Shown: one piece after another, positions 27,851-37,774 of the stretch | How positions within the stretch are numbered: position 1 is the first letter of the stretch | Layout: each line of letters begins with the position of its first letter | Assembly (NCBI GenBank): GCA_900551005.1 | Contig: URUL01000002.1 | Span: 1 to 59,942, forward strand | Length of the DNA stretch: 59,942 nt | Direction: 5' to 3' | Source of the DNA: an uncultured Ruminococcus sp. | GTDB lineage: Bacteria > Bacillota > Clostridia > Oscillospirales > CAG-272 | Notes under the pieces: generated by a model | The model's input: only the letters and a program-made list of their open reading frames with translations | Database searches by the model: none | What the model was told of the DNA's origin: nothing | Position numbers and translations under genes: made by a program

Positions 27851-30800
27851 ATGGCTGAAATAAAATGGACCCCGTCGCAGAGAGATGCCATAGAGGCAAG
27901 CGGCAGGAATATTTATGTTGCGGCGGCGGCAGGCAGCGGAAAAACAGCCGTGCTCACTCGCAGGATCATAGAGCGCATCTGCTCTCCCGAAATATCCGCC
28001 GATATTTCGCGCATGCTGAGCGTCACCTATACGCGTGCCGCCGCGGACGAGCTGAAAAGCAGGATCGGCGCCGCCATAGAAAGCGAAAAGACAAATGCCC
28101 CCCGTGACAGACATTTGCGCAGGCAGGCTTTACTTCTCCCGAGCGCGAAAATAAGCACGGTTCACAGCTTCTGTCTCGACCTGATACGTGCCAATTTCCG
28201 CGACCTCGACTTGCCGTCCGATTGCCGCACCGCGGATGAAACTGTGGAAAAACGGCTATTTTCGGATGTTGCGGAGGAGCTTATCTCCGATTATTACGAC
28301 GGGAAGATAAGCGGAGAATACGCGATAGACGATTTTCGTCTTTTTGTAAGCACCTTCGGCAGTGCCATGGATGAGGAGGCTCTGACGAAAACCATAGGCT
28401 CATTGTACAGAAGCCTTTGCGAAACGCCTGACGGAGTAGAGTCTCTTGTGCGGCATATCGAGCTTTACCAAAGCGCCGCAAAAGAGGATTTCATGAAAAC
28501 GCCGTGGGGTGCGCCGATACGAAAGCATCTGTCCTCGGCTGTAAAATATTATGTACAGATATATGAGAGAGCGCTCTTATATATCGGGGAGCATCCCGAA
28601 TACATGCCGTACTCTGAAACGCTTGAGAGCGAGCTTGAATTCCTGCGCTCTGTCGATTCCGATATCATGACTTATCGTGAGCTGTCGGAAAAAATAAACG
28701 GATATGTTTCTTTGCCGATAGGCAGGCTCAAACGCGGCACGGAAAAAACACTGGAGCTTTTGTTCTTTGTCTCACAAAGAGAAAAATTCAAGGATGAAAT
28801 GGCAAGGCTGAAAGCGGAATACTTCTGTTTTTCGGAGGACGATATCGCAGTATCCTTTGCCTTTACGGAGAGAGCGGCGGCAGACTTGAAAAAATTTCTT
28901 ACGCTTTTTGACAGGCGCTTCTCCGAGGAGAAACGTCGCAAGAAGCTGCTCACTTTCTCAGATATGGAGCGCTATGCACTTGCGCTTCTGTGGGACAGAG
29001 AAAACGATGCGCCGACGGATATAGCGCGCGCCGTTTCGGAGCAGTTCGATGAAATATACGTGGACGAATATCAGGATACAAACGCTGTTCAGCATAAGAT
29101 ATTCTCGCTTGTTTCGCGTGGCGATAATCTCTTTGCCGTCTGCGATATCAAGCAGAGTATATATGGCTTTCGCGGCGGCAGACCCGATATTTTCAAGGAA
29201 ATGACCGACCGTGCCGAAAAATATTCCGCGGGGATGGGCGACGGAGAGGCGAAGGTCTTTCTCTCAGAAAATTTCCGCTCTTGCTCTGAGGTTCTCGAGT
29301 ATGCCAACAGGGTTTTCGGCAAGCTGATGAACGTGGAATCCGCCCCCGGCTACGGCGATAATGAACGTCAGGTCTGCGGAAGAAAAGAGGGAAGCGCTCC
29401 CGTAGAGATATGTATCGTCGAAAAGGAGACGACATCGAGCGATGACATTTCCAGCGAGGCTGACTTCGTGGCGGGAAAGATACGCTCGCTTATCGGGCTT
29501 CCGATGTGTGACGGTACGCCGATACGACCCGGAGATATTGCCATTCTCCTGCGCAGTGCCGAAGCAAAAGCGCCGCAGTTTGAACGTGCGCTGAAAAAGC
29601 ACGGTATTCCGTGTGAAAATACAAGTACGAGCGATTTCTTTGAAAATCCCGAGGTCTTGCTCGCATTTTCGCTTCTCAGTACGGTCGATAATCCTTCGAA
29701 GGACGTTTATCTGGCGGCGACGCTGAAAAGTCCGCTGTACGGTGTCACGCTCGACGAGCTGATATATATACGACGAAAATATGGCGGAGGTTCGCTCTAT
29801 GAGGCGCTGAAAAGCTTTACGCAGGAGACGGGCTTTGCAAAAGGAAAGCGTTTTCTTGCCGATAATGCGAAATACCGTGCCCTTGCCGCGGCACTTCCGA
29901 CAGATAAACTGATATGGCAGATATATGAGGAAACGGGCATGCTTTGCCTGCCTCATTCCGGCACCGGCGATATCTCGGCTATGGAGCTTGCACGTGCCAA
30001 TCTGATGCAGTTTTACCGCTGGTCTATGGATTTCGGCGGCAATATATGCGGCCTTCATGCATTTCTCTGCTTTATAGAGGATGCCATCGAAAGTGAAAGA
30101 AAGATCAGTCAGGAGGGCGCCGCAGAGCGCACCGACTGCGTAAAAATAACCACGATCCATTCGAGCAAGGGGCTGGAATATCCCGTATGCTTCCTTTGCG
30201 ATTGCGCCGCGCCGATATCGGATAAGGACGCGGACAAAGATGTGCTTTTCAGCACGGAGCTCGGAATAGCACCGAAAATGCCCTCCGAAAACGGCTTTTA
30301 TCTTCTCGATACGCCTATTCGGCGTTCCCTGATATGTGAACGCCGGACGGAGATATCCTATGAGGAAACACGACTGCTCTACGTTGCTCTGACAAGAGCG
30401 CGCGAGCGGCTCTTCATTACGGCACAGGTGTCTCCCGGTGCGAAAGCGGCGACGGAAGACATCTATGATACCGCACATTCTCCCGAATTTTCCATAAAAA
30501 ATGAAGTATTTTCACTTTATTTGCTGAATACGGCGCCGAACTATCTGAAAATCCTTCTGCTTGCTTGCCCTTGTGCGCCTGAAATGACGGTAAATATTGT
30601 CCATGGCGAAAACGAAGAGGAAATCGAGGGCGATTCCACGAATGAAGCACCGGCAGATGACGGCATTTTGCCATATCAGGCGGAAAAAGCCGTTCTCCGA
30701 CTCGATTTTGAATATCAATACGCCGATATGACAAAAATACCATCGAAGCTTTCCGTATCAAAGCTCTATCCGGCGGTTTTTGACGAGGATGACGGCAGCA

Positions 30801-31435
30801 AGGTTTATGAGGATCAGACGGAGGAAAGCACGGATATTGAACAAAAGATACCGAAATTCCTGATGGACGAGCCGGAAGAGGATGCGAGCGCAGCACAGCG
30901 CGGCACGGCAACCCATACGTTCATGCAGTTTGCCGATTTTGACAATATTTACAGGAACGGTATTGAAGCAGAGCGCGAACGCCTTATCGCAAGCGGTTTT
31001 CTTTTTGCGGCAGACAGGGAAAAGCTCGATATGAGACGGATTGCGGCATTTTTTGAGGGCGATATGGCGAGAATGATACGTGAGGCAAAGCGCATATACA
31101 GAGAAAAGCGGTTTCTCCTGAATTATCCCGCCTCACTTTTTACCGAGGATGCCGAAAAAAAGCGGCGCTATAACGGGCAGGAGGTTCTTGTCCAGGGGGT
31201 TATCGACTGCGTGCTTTTCGATAAGAACGACGAGATGATACTCATCGATTACAAAACGGACAGCTTCAGGCGCGGCACCGATGCGCAGTACATAAGAGAG
31301 ATACTTCGCCGCCGCCACCGCACGCAGCTCGGATATTATAAATATGCGTGCGAGAAAATGTTCGGGCATCCGGTTGCGCATGTGCTGATATATTCGTTTG
31401 CGCTTGGAGAAGCCGTAGAGATATTTGATTTATAA
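27851..31435 (+). CDS. addA: ATP-dependent helicase/nuclease subunit AddA
   Basis: 1194 aa. UvrD-like N-terminus (WTPSQRDAIEASGRNIYVAAAAGSGKTAVL), helicase motifs (VDEYQDTN, TIHSSKGLEYP, YVALTRA) and C-terminal RecB nuclease (GVIDCVLF...LIDYKTD). Confidence 0.93.
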   Translation: MAEIKWTPSQRDAIEASGRNIYVAAAAGSGKTAVLTRRIIERICSPEISADISRMLSVTYTRAAADELKSRIGAAIESEKTNAPRDRHLRRQALLLPSAKISTVHSFCLDLIRANFRDLDLPSDCRTADETVEKRLFSDVAEELISDYYDGKISGEYAIDDFRLFVSTFGSAMDEEALTKTIGSLYRSLCETPDGVESLVRHIELYQSAAKEDFMKTPWGAPIRKHLSSAVKYYVQIYERALLYIGEHPEYMPYSETLESELEFLRSVDSDIMTYRELSEKINGYVSLPIGRLKRGTEKTLELLFFVSQREKFKDEMARLKAEYFCFSEDDIAVSFAFTERAAADLKKFLTLFDRRFSEEKRRKKLLTFSDMERYALALLWDRENDAPTDIARAVSEQFDEIYVDEYQDTNAVQHKIFSLVSRGDNLFAVCDIKQSIYGFRGGRPDIFKEMTDRAEKYSAGMGDGEAKVFLSENFRSCSEVLEYANRVFGKLMNVESAPGYGDNERQVCGRKEGSAPVEICIVEKETTSSDDISSEADFVAGKIRSLIGLPMCDGTPIRPGDIAILLRSAEAKAPQFERALKKHGIPCENTSTSDFFENPEVLLAFSLLSTVDNPSKDVYLAATLKSPLYGVTLDELIYIRRKYGGGSLYEALKSFTQETGFAKGKRFLADNAKYRALAAALPTDKLIWQIYEETGMLCLPHSGTGDISAMELARANLMQFYRWSMDFGGNICGLHAFLCFIEDAIESERKISQEGAAERTDCVKITTIHSSKGLEYPVCFLCDCAAPISDKDADKDVLFSTELGIAPKMPSENGFYLLDTPIRRSLICERRTEISYEETRLLYVALTRARERLFITAQVSPGAKAATEDIYDTAHSPEFSIKNEVFSLYLLNTAPNYLKILLLACPCAPEMTVNIVHGENEEEIEGDSTNEAPADDGILPYQAEKAVLRLDFEYQYADMTKIPSKLSVSKLYPAVFDEDDGSKVYEDQTEESTDIEQKIPKFLMDEPEEDASAAQRGTATHTFMQFADFDNIYRNGIEAERERLIASGFLFAADREKLDMRRIAAFFEGDMARMIREAKRIYREKRFLLNYPASLFTEDAEKKRRYNGQEVLVQGVIDCVLFDKNDEMILIDYKTDSFRRGTDAQYIREILRRRHRTQLGYYKYACEKMFGHPVAHVLIYSFALGEAVEIFDL

Positions 31436-31469
31436 AAAAGATATAAGCAAAGAAAGGAACTGTACGAAA

Positions 31470-31976
31470 ATGAAAAAACTTTTAAGAAATCCTCAGGTGA
31501 TACTGATGGCGCTGGTGCCTGTCGTTGCCTCTGCACTCTACATTCTGATCCTCGGGACGGCTGTCAAGGATGTATATCTCTTCGGCATACCGATTGTGCG
31601 CCCGCTCGAAAAGCTCTCCGTGCTCGGCATCGGTATGCTTGTCGGAGCACTCGTGCTTTGGGGCTTTGTGGGTGCTTTCTTCGCGAAGAAGAAAGCTTCG
31701 CTCGGTCAGGGAATACTCATCGCTCATATAGTGCCTTTCATCACGACGCTTATGTATACCGTGCTCTCGGCGATAGGTACATTTGTCGATGCCGCTTCGG
31801 TTAAATCGGCAGGCGAGCTGATAGGTGTTCTCGGCATGGGCTTTTTCAATACCGTAGGCACCTATGTCTTTCTCATAACACCGGTAAAATTTATTGAAAT
31901 ATATATTGATTTGATCGCAATGGTCGGAATTTTCGCGATAGGATACGCCATAAAAACGGCTAAGAAGCGAAAATAA
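31470..31976 (+). CDS. hypothetical multi-pass membrane protein
   Basis: Start reset to MKKLLRNPQ (ATG 31470, AAAGGAA upstream). About 5 hydrophobic helices. No family recognised. Confidence 0.55.
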   Translation: MKKLLRNPQVILMALVPVVASALYILILGTAVKDVYLFGIPIVRPLEKLSVLGIGMLVGALVLWGFVGAFFAKKKASLGQGILIAHIVPFITTLMYTVLSAIGTFVDAASVKSAGELIGVLGMGFFNTVGTYVFLITPVKFIEIYIDLIAMVGIFAIGYAIKTAKKRK

Positions 31977-32013
31977 AAATAAACGGCTTTTTTATCGAAG
32001 CCTGTAAAATTAA

Positions 32014-32039
32014 CACAAAAATTCTTCTCTCATACTATA
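32014..32039 (+). promoter_or_regulatory. possible mother-cell sporulation-type promoter (AC ... CATACTATA) for the tiny ORF
   Basis: CATACTATA at 32031-32039 resembles the SigK/SigE -10 consensus CATA---TA, with AC about 16-17 nt upstream. Weak, pattern match only. Confidence 0.25.
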
Positions 32040-32097
32040 TATCAGGTAGGCAAAAATTGCCGCTAATAGCCGCATATGCGGCGGAGGGAGGATATAT

Positions 32098-32187
32098 ATG
32101 AACTGTCTTTGCAATCTTTTCGATAATAACAACTGCATTTGGATTCTCGTTATTGCCGTCATTCTTATTTGTTGCTGCAACGGCTGA
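32098..32187 (+). CDS. 29-aa Cys-rich tiny transmembrane peptide (YjcZ-like sporulation small protein family)
   Basis: Below the track's length cut-off, translated by hand: MNCLCNLFDNNNCIWILVIAVILICCCNG. Strong RBS GGAGGGAGG 6 nt before ATG 32098. Cys/Asn-rich ends flank one hydrophobic helix. Terminator about 95 nt downstream. Confidence 0.6.
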   Translation: MNCLCNLFDNNNCIWILVIAVILICCCNG

Positions 32188-32280
32188 TGTATCTGAAATG
32201 TACGGGATGGTAGCTCCCATGAAAAAGCCTTAAAGGCAAAATGTCTGCCGGATGTTTATTCATATATTCATAAAAACAGG

Positions 32281-32316
32281 AAAGGGCGGCGTTTGCCGCC
32301 CTTTCATACATTTTTT
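32281..32316 (+). terminator. rho-independent terminator downstream of the tiny ORF
   Basis: AAAGGGCGGC-GTTT-GCCGCCCTTT followed by CATACATTTTTT. Confidence 0.75.
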
Positions 32317-32439
32317 ATTTATTTGACATACTATATCTGACTAAAAATATATACTTGACAAAATACAGCTTTCAGTATAATATAAATATATAATATCGTG
32401 CATATGGATCACGGTAAATACTATCGACAGGAGAAACAT

Positions 32440-33246
32440 ATGAAAAAAATTATTTCGATAATGATGACCCTCGCAATGGTTTTCGCGCTTGTTTTTGCCT
32501 TTTGCGCATGCGGTAAGGAAAAAAGTGCTTACCAGATCTATACGGAGGCTGTAAACAAGAACCGGGAGCTTGACTCATATGAGCTTGATTTCAAAATGAA
32601 TATGTCGGTTGAGGCATATGGCGATAGTATGGAAGTTCCGCTGTCATACAGTATAAAGTCATCAGGTGTACAGTCGGGTTCTCCCGTTTTCAGCGGCGAG
32701 ATGGAAATGACGATGTCCGGCGTGACGCTCAACGTCCCCATGTATTCAGACGGCAAGTACACATATATGGAGCTTATGGGCTCTAAAATTAAGCAGCCTG
32801 TCGAAGACGGCAATAACGATTTTCAGAAGATGGCCGATACTTTGCTATCGATGTTTTCAGAGGATAAGTTTGAGGGTGTTGTCGCAGTGAAAAATGATGA
32901 CGGTACAAAGAGCATAGATCTTCCGCTTGACAATGAGACATTTCAGGAAGCGTACAGCGATCTCGTTGATTCCATACTCGGCAGTCTGGGAGAAGAGACG
33001 ACTGACCTGAATCTTTCCATGAATGTATCTGATGCCAAGGTATCTGTTGTAATCAATAAAGACGGATATATAGAAAAGGTTGACTTGAAGTGCGATCTCA
33101 AGCTTACCATGTCTTCAGAAGGCGAAAGCGTTGACATGAATATGAACCTTGACATGAGCGGTGAATACAAGAATATCGGCTCCGAAGTTACGGTGGCGGC
33201 ACCTTCCGATCTGGATGAATATGAAGAAGTCGATTATGGTTTTTGA
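32440..33246 (+). CDS. putative lipoprotein (hypothetical)
   Basis: Start reset to MKKIISIMMTLAMVFALVFAFCACGKE (ATG 32440, AGGAG 8 nt upstream). Signal peptide with a lipobox-like FCAC. The mature part is acidic and Ser/Met-rich. Confidence 0.65.
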   Translation: MKKIISIMMTLAMVFALVFAFCACGKEKSAYQIYTEAVNKNRELDSYELDFKMNMSVEAYGDSMEVPLSYSIKSSGVQSGSPVFSGEMEMTMSGVTLNVPMYSDGKYTYMELMGSKIKQPVEDGNNDFQKMADTLLSMFSEDKFEGVVAVKNDDGTKSIDLPLDNETFQEAYSDLVDSILGSLGEETTDLNLSMNVSDAKVSVVINKDGYIEKVDLKCDLKLTMSSEGESVDMNMNLDMSGEYKNIGSEVTVAAPSDLDEYEEVDYGF

Positions 33247-33284
33247 TACGGTTTGCGGGCAATAAAAACGAATATCAGATTAAG

Positions 33285-33318
33285 GCTCTCGGAAGATTTG
33301 CTTTTCCGAGGGCTTTTT
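33285..33318 (+). terminator. rho-independent terminator after the lipoprotein gene
   Basis: GCTCTCGGAA ... TTCCGAGGGC stem (10 bp with one G-U pair), 9-nt loop, then TTTTT. Confidence 0.7.
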
Positions 33319-33427
33319 ATGTGTGTCGATATGTTGTAAAATGTTAACAATTCCGTCATGATAAATCAATATTGCAAGTTTATAATCAAATTACAACAGT
33401 AAAATCATGACCGGAAAGGAATACATT

Positions 33428-35257
33428 ATGAAAGAAGTAAAATCTCCGAAGAAACCTCTTATTTTCTACTACGGCATCGCATTGCTGATAGTTCTGCTTT
33501 TCAATGCCATCGTGTCGCCGCTTCTGACGAAAGCAAGAGTGGCAGAAGTGGACTACGGCACCTTTATGAAGATGATAGAAGAGGGCAATATCGGACAGGT
33601 AAGCATCGATAATTCCGAAATCGTTTTTACCGATAAGGAAAATAAGCAGATATACAAGACGGGCGCGATGGACGACCCGACGCTTACAGAGCGTCTCTAT
33701 AAATCCGGCGCGGTTTTTGCTAAAAATATTGAAAAAACCATGTCGCCGATACTGAGCTTTTTGATCACGTTTGTTCTGCCCATCCTGATCTTTATCGGAC
33801 TCGGACAGTATATGACAAAGAAGCTGATGTCACAGGCAGGCGGACCCAATGCCATGTCCTTCGGCATGGGCAAGAGCAATGCCAAGGTATACGTGCCCTC
33901 GTCGGATGGCATAAAATTCGGAGATGTGGCAGGTGAGGACGAGGCAAAAGAGAGCCTCGCCGAGATCGTGGATTATCTCCACAATCCGAAAAAATATTCC
34001 GATGTCGGAGCATCTATGCCAAAGGGCGTTCTTCTCGTGGGACCTCCCGGAACAGGTAAAACCATGCTTGCCAAGGCGGTTGCCGGAGAAGCGGGAGTTC
34101 CGTTCTTCTCCATGTCAGGCTCGGAATTTGTGGAAATGTTTGTCGGTATGGGCGCATCAAAGGTGCGTGACCTCTTCAAGCAAGCCAAGGAGAAGGCACC
34201 TTGTATTGTCTTTATCGATGAGATAGATGCCATCGGTAAAAAGAGAGAAGGGCAGTTCGGCGGAAACGATGAGCGTGAGCAGACGCTCAATCAGCTCCTT
34301 ACGGAAATGGATGGCTTCGAAGGCAATAACGGCGTCATCATTCTCGCGGCTACCAACAGACCCGAGGCGCTCGATCCGGCTCTCACACGTCCGGGACGTT
34401 TTGACCGCCGCGTACCTGTCGAGCTTCCGGACCTTGCCGGACGTGAAGCAATATTAAAGGTACATGCCAAGAAGATAAAAACAGCCGATGATGTCGATTT
34501 CCATACCATTGCGCGTATGGCGGCGGGTACATCGGGCGCAGAGCTGGCAAATATTATAAACGAGGCAGCGCTTCATGCCGTTCGCAACGGACGCACTGTC
34601 GTTACCGAATCCGACCTTGAGGAGAGCATAGAAGTCGTTATCGCGGGATATCAGAAGAAAAATGCGATAATGTCTGATGGTGAGAAAAAAGTCGTTGCGT
34701 ATCACGAGATAGGACATGCTCTTGTCGCCGCCATGCAGACAAATTCCGCCCCCGTTCAGAAGATCACGATCATCCCGCGTACATCCGGTGCACTCGGATA
34801 TACGATGCAGGTCGAACAGAATGACAAGGTTCTGATGACAAAGGCGGAGCTTGAAAACAGAATCGCCACGCTTACCGGCGGCCGTGCGGCAGAGGAAGTA
34901 GCTTTCAGCGAGATCACGACCGGTGCTTCAAATGACATAGAGCAGGCGACTAAGCTGGCGCGTGCCATGATAACGCGCTACGGCATGACCGATGAATTTG
35001 ACATGGTGGCATTGGAGACCGTAAATAATCAGTATCTCGGCGGCGATGCTTCTCTGGCATGCTCGGCAGATACGCAGAAGGAAATAGACAAAAAAGTCGT
35101 TGAGTTGGTAAAAGCACAGCACGAAAAGGCGCGCAGACTTCTCTCTGAAAACAGAGAGAAACTGGATAGGCTGGCAAAATATCTCTACGAGAAGGAAACC
35201 ATTACCGGAAATGAGTTTATGGCTATTCTCACGGGAAAGGAAGGCTTGACGGTATGA
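33428..35257 (+). CDS. ftsH: ATP-dependent zinc metalloprotease FtsH
   Basis: Walker A GPPGTGKT, Walker [12 protein letters not shown] region, HEIGHA zinc site, N-terminal TM helices. Start placed at ATG 33428 (GGAAAGGA 7 nt upstream); the track start at 33407 is also possible. Confidence 0.95.
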   Translation: MKEVKSPKKPLIFYYGIALLIVLLFNAIVSPLLTKARVAEVDYGTFMKMIEEGNIGQVSIDNSEIVFTDKENKQIYKTGAMDDPTLTERLYKSGAVFAKNIEKTMSPILSFLITFVLPILIFIGLGQYMTKKLMSQAGGPNAMSFGMGKSNAKVYVPSSDGIKFGDVAGEDEAKESLAEIVDYLHNPKKYSDVGASMPKGVLLVGPPGTGKTMLAKAVAGEAGVPFFSMSGSEFVEMFVGMGASKVRDLFKQAKEKAPCIVFIDEIDAIGKKREGQFGGNDEREQTLNQLLTEMDGFEGNNGVIILAATNRPEALDPALTRPGRFDRRVPVELPDLAGREAILKVHAKKIKTADDVDFHTIARMAAGTSGAELANIINEAALHAVRNGRTVVTESDLEESIEVVIAGYQKKNAIMSDGEKKVVAYHEIGHALVAAMQTNSAPVQKITIIPRTSGALGYTMQVEQNDKVLMTKAELENRIATLTGGRAAEEVAFSEITTGASNDIEQATKLARAMITRYGMTDEFDMVALETVNNQYLGGDASLACSADTQKEIDKKVVELVKAQHEKARRLLSENREKLDRLAKYLYEKETITGNEFMAILTGKEGLTV

Positions 35258-35808
35258 AAAGGCGTTCCGGCTTTGACTGGGTTGAGTTTATTATAGGAAT
35301 CCTTCTCATTGCGCTCGGCATATTTACCTTCATCTCTCCCGATAGAATGCTGACAAGTGCTGTTGTCATATATGGTATCATCGCCGTCATAATGGGAATA
35401 GCGGATATCGTGATATACGTTAAGCTCACGCATTTTACGGGCTTCGGTCCGATACTTTCTCTCGTATCCGGAATTATGAGCATCATGTGCGGCACTCTTC
35501 TCATCGCCAATCCCAATATCGGCAAGTGGGCGCTCACGATTCTTATGCCGATATGGTTTATAGCGCATTGTATATCGGGGCTTACACGTGCACAGCTCGT
35601 ACATTTGCAGGGAAAAAGAGTTTATTATTACTTGATGCTTATCACGAATATCATCGGTCTTATACTCGGATTTCTGATGATTTTCAGTCCGTCGCTCTCA
35701 TTTTTGACGATACGGATCATCACATATATTGCCGCTGCTTATTTCGTGATCTCAGGCATAGAAAGAGTGGCTTTGGCTTTTGACAGAATGAAGCAAGGAA
35801 GAAGATAA
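35254..35808 (+). CDS. DUF308/HdeD-family membrane protein
   Basis: 184 aa, six hydrophobic helices with repeated G-I-x-x-I-x-x-G patterns typical of HdeD-like proteins. ATGA overlap with the ftsH stop. Confidence 0.55.
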   Translation: MKRRSGFDWVEFIIGILLIALGIFTFISPDRMLTSAVVIYGIIAVIMGIADIVIYVKLTHFTGFGPILSLVSGIMSIMCGTLLIANPNIGKWALTILMPIWFIAHCISGLTRAQLVHLQGKRVYYYLMLITNIIGLILGFLMIFSPSLSFLTIRIITYIAAAYFVISGIERVALAFDRMKQGRR

Positions 35809-35824
35809 TCGGAAAATAGCATAT

Positions 35825-35855
35825 AAAAAATCCACATGGAACATGTGGATTTTTT
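35825..35855. terminator. bidirectional rho-independent terminator
   Basis: AAAAAATCCACATG-GAA-CATGTGGATTTTTT between convergent genes. Confidence 0.85.
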
Positions 35856-35869
35856 CATATATTCCGATT

Positions 35870-37246
35870 TCAGCTCTCGACTTCTTCCGCTATTCTGCGG
35901 GCAACGAAAACGCCGCTTGCAGATGCGTGGGAGAGAGAATGTGTGATGCCGGAGCCGTCGCCGATGATATAGAGTCCTTTATATTTTGTCTCAAGATACT
36001 CGTTTGTATCAACTTCCATATTGTAGAATTTTACCTCGACACCGTAGAGCAGGGTATCATCGTTTGCTGTTCCGGGGGCGATCTTATCGAGGGCGTAGAT
36101 CATTTCCATGATGCCGTCGAGTATGCGCTTTGGCAACACGAGACTGAGGTCTCCGGGGGTGGCAGCTAACGTCGGTGTAACAGACGCTTCTTCAATGCGT
36201 TTTGTATTGCTGCGGCGACCGCGGACAAGGTCTCCGAAGCGTTGAACGATAACGCCGCCGCCGAGCATATTCGATAGGCGGGCGATACTTTCACCGTAGC
36301 CATTGCTGTCTTCAAAGGGCTCGGAAAAATGCTTGGATACGAGCAGTGCAAAATTCGTATTTTCCGTCTGCATTTTCGGGTCTTCATAGCTGTGACCGTT
36401 TACCGTGACGATGCCGTTTGTGTTTTCGTTTACCACGATTCCGTGCGGATTCATGCAGAAGGTGCGGACATTGTCCTCAAATTTTTCCGTTCTGTAAATG
36501 ATCTTGCTTTCATAGAGCTCATCCGTGAGATGAGAGAAAACAACGGCGGGAAGCTCTACGCGCACACCGATGTCGACACGGTTCGACTTGGTATGTATGC
36601 CCATTTTCTTGCAGATCTCTTCCATCCATTTGCTTCCGCTTCTGCCGACGGAAACGATGCAGTCACGGCATTCAAAGCTTTCTTTGTCGGTAGTTACGAC
36701 AAAGCCGCCGTCTTTTGCGCTGATATCGCGCACAGGCGTATCAAAATAGAAATCCATGCGCTCGCGCAGATATTCATAGAGGTTTGTCAGAACGATAAAG
36801 TTTACATCCGTGCCGAGGTGGCGTACGGAAGCCTCGAGCAGATTCAGCTTATTCTGAATGCATATCTTCTTGAATTTTGAGCCGGCGGTAGAATAGAGCT
36901 TTGTTCCTTCTCCGCCGTATTCCATATTTATTTCGTCGACATATTTCATGAGGTCGAGTGCAGATTTTTTGCCTATATGCTCATAGAGCGTGCCGCCAAA
37001 ATCATTTGTTATATTATATTTTCCGTCGGAAAAAGCGCCTGCGCCGCCGAAACCGCTCATGATAGAGCATGTTTTGCAGCCGATACATGATTTTATCTTG
37101 TCTCCGTCTATGGGACAACGGCGCTTTGCGAGGGGATGGCCTGCTTCAAAAACCGCAATTTTCAGATCAGGGGATTTCTTTGTCAGCTCATATGCCGAGA
37201 ATATTCCGCCGGGTCCTGCCCCTATGATAATTACATCGTATTTCAT
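35870..37246 (-). CDS. FAD-dependent protein (COG2509-type uncharacterised dehydrogenase)
   Basis: MKYDVIIIGAGPGGIFSAYEL dinucleotide fold; C-terminal GLYIIGDGSGITHSLSHASASG. Start set at ATG 37246 (GGAG 8 nt upstream) rather than the GTG at 37255. Confidence 0.75.
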   Translation of the reverse strand: MKYDVIIIGAGPGGIFSAYELTKKSPDLKIAVFEAGHPLAKRRCPIDGDKIKSCIGCKTCSIMSGFGGAGAFSDGKYNITNDFGGTLYEHIGKKSALDLMKYVDEINMEYGGEGTKLYSTAGSKFKKICIQNKLNLLEASVRHLGTDVNFIVLTNLYEYLRERMDFYFDTPVRDISAKDGGFVVTTDKESFECRDCIVSVGRSGSKWMEEICKKMGIHTKSNRVDIGVRVELPAVVFSHLTDELYESKIIYRTEKFEDNVRTFCMNPHGIVVNENTNGIVTVNGHSYEDPKMQTENTNFALLVSKHFSEPFEDSNGYGESIARLSNMLGGGVIVQRFGDLVRGRRSNTKRIEEASVTPTLAATPGDLSLVLPKRILDGIMEMIYALDKIAPGTANDDTLLYGVEVKFYNMEVDTNEYLETKYKGLYIIGDGSGITHSLSHASASGVFVARRIAEEVES

Positions 37247-37374
37247 TTCATTCACTCCGTTTGTCGCTCTTGCGACATGATTTTGCGTCTTACGAAAAGA
37301 CTGTCTATTTATTATACATTAAGTGCATGAATAAGTCAAGCATAATTATACATCTTCGTTCACGGGAAAAGGAA

Positions 37375-37403
37375 AAATCTCTCCCGTTCATATGAGAGAG
37401 ATT
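37375..37403 (-). terminator. rho-independent terminator for the small minus-strand ORF
   Basis: On the minus strand: AAATCTCTC-loop-GAGAGATTT followed by TTCC. 7-9 bp stem, 12-nt loop. Confidence 0.55.
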
Positions 37404-37412
37404 TTTTTCGCT

Positions 37413-37640
37413 TTACCTTGCTTTTTTATGCTTGGATGAATTGTCAAGCGCCGTCACGGGGACATCATAAATGTCCGTATATGCTTCGGCTTCGAATTCC
37501 GTTTCGGGGATGTGCTGTGTTATTCCGGTGCAATCATTTGCACTGGCTGCGGGATTGCTCATAAAAGCATCCTTTGTGTGACTGTACGGGTCATTCATTT
37601 TCAGTCGGCGTTTTGCCTTTGCTTCCTTTCCGGAAATCAT
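37413..37640 (-). CDS. small hydrophilic acidic protein (hypothetical)
   Basis: 75-aa ORF (or 61 aa from MNDPY) with GGAG 10 nt upstream and its own terminator. No TM segment and no recognised family. Coding status uncertain. Confidence 0.35.
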   Translation of the reverse strand: MISGKEAKAKRRLKMNDPYSHTKDAFMSNPAASANDCTGITQHIPETEFEAEAYTDIYDVPVTALDNSSKHKKAR

Positions 37641-37702
37641 TTTTCATCAACTCCGTTCGCTGTTATTATCCGCATTTTCTTTGCTTTTATACCAAAATCA
37701 TC

Positions 37703-37731
37703 TTGAATTTATGAAGCAGATGATATATAAT
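37703..37731 (+). promoter_or_regulatory. sigma-A type promoter for prfA (TTGAAT, 17-nt spacer, TATAAT)
   Basis: TTGAAT at 37703-37708 and TATAAT at 37726-37731, 44 nt upstream of the prfA ATG. Identified by eye only. Confidence 0.6.
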
Positions 37732-37774
37732 ATAAAATGATTAGTTATGCGCAATTTACAGAAGGAGCGGCTTC

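Noticed and set aside
29264-30478. 404-aa minus-strand ORF inside addA
   Set aside because: It is antisense to an intact AddA helicase region. It has low-complexity Arg/Cys-rich composition, no RBS and no family resemblance.
32035-32220. 61-aa minus-strand ORF from the supplied track
   Set aside because: It has no convincing RBS and no recognisable features. The plus-strand 29-aa ORF in the same DNA has a GGAGGGAGG RBS, a characteristic tiny-TM Cys-rich composition and a downstream terminator.
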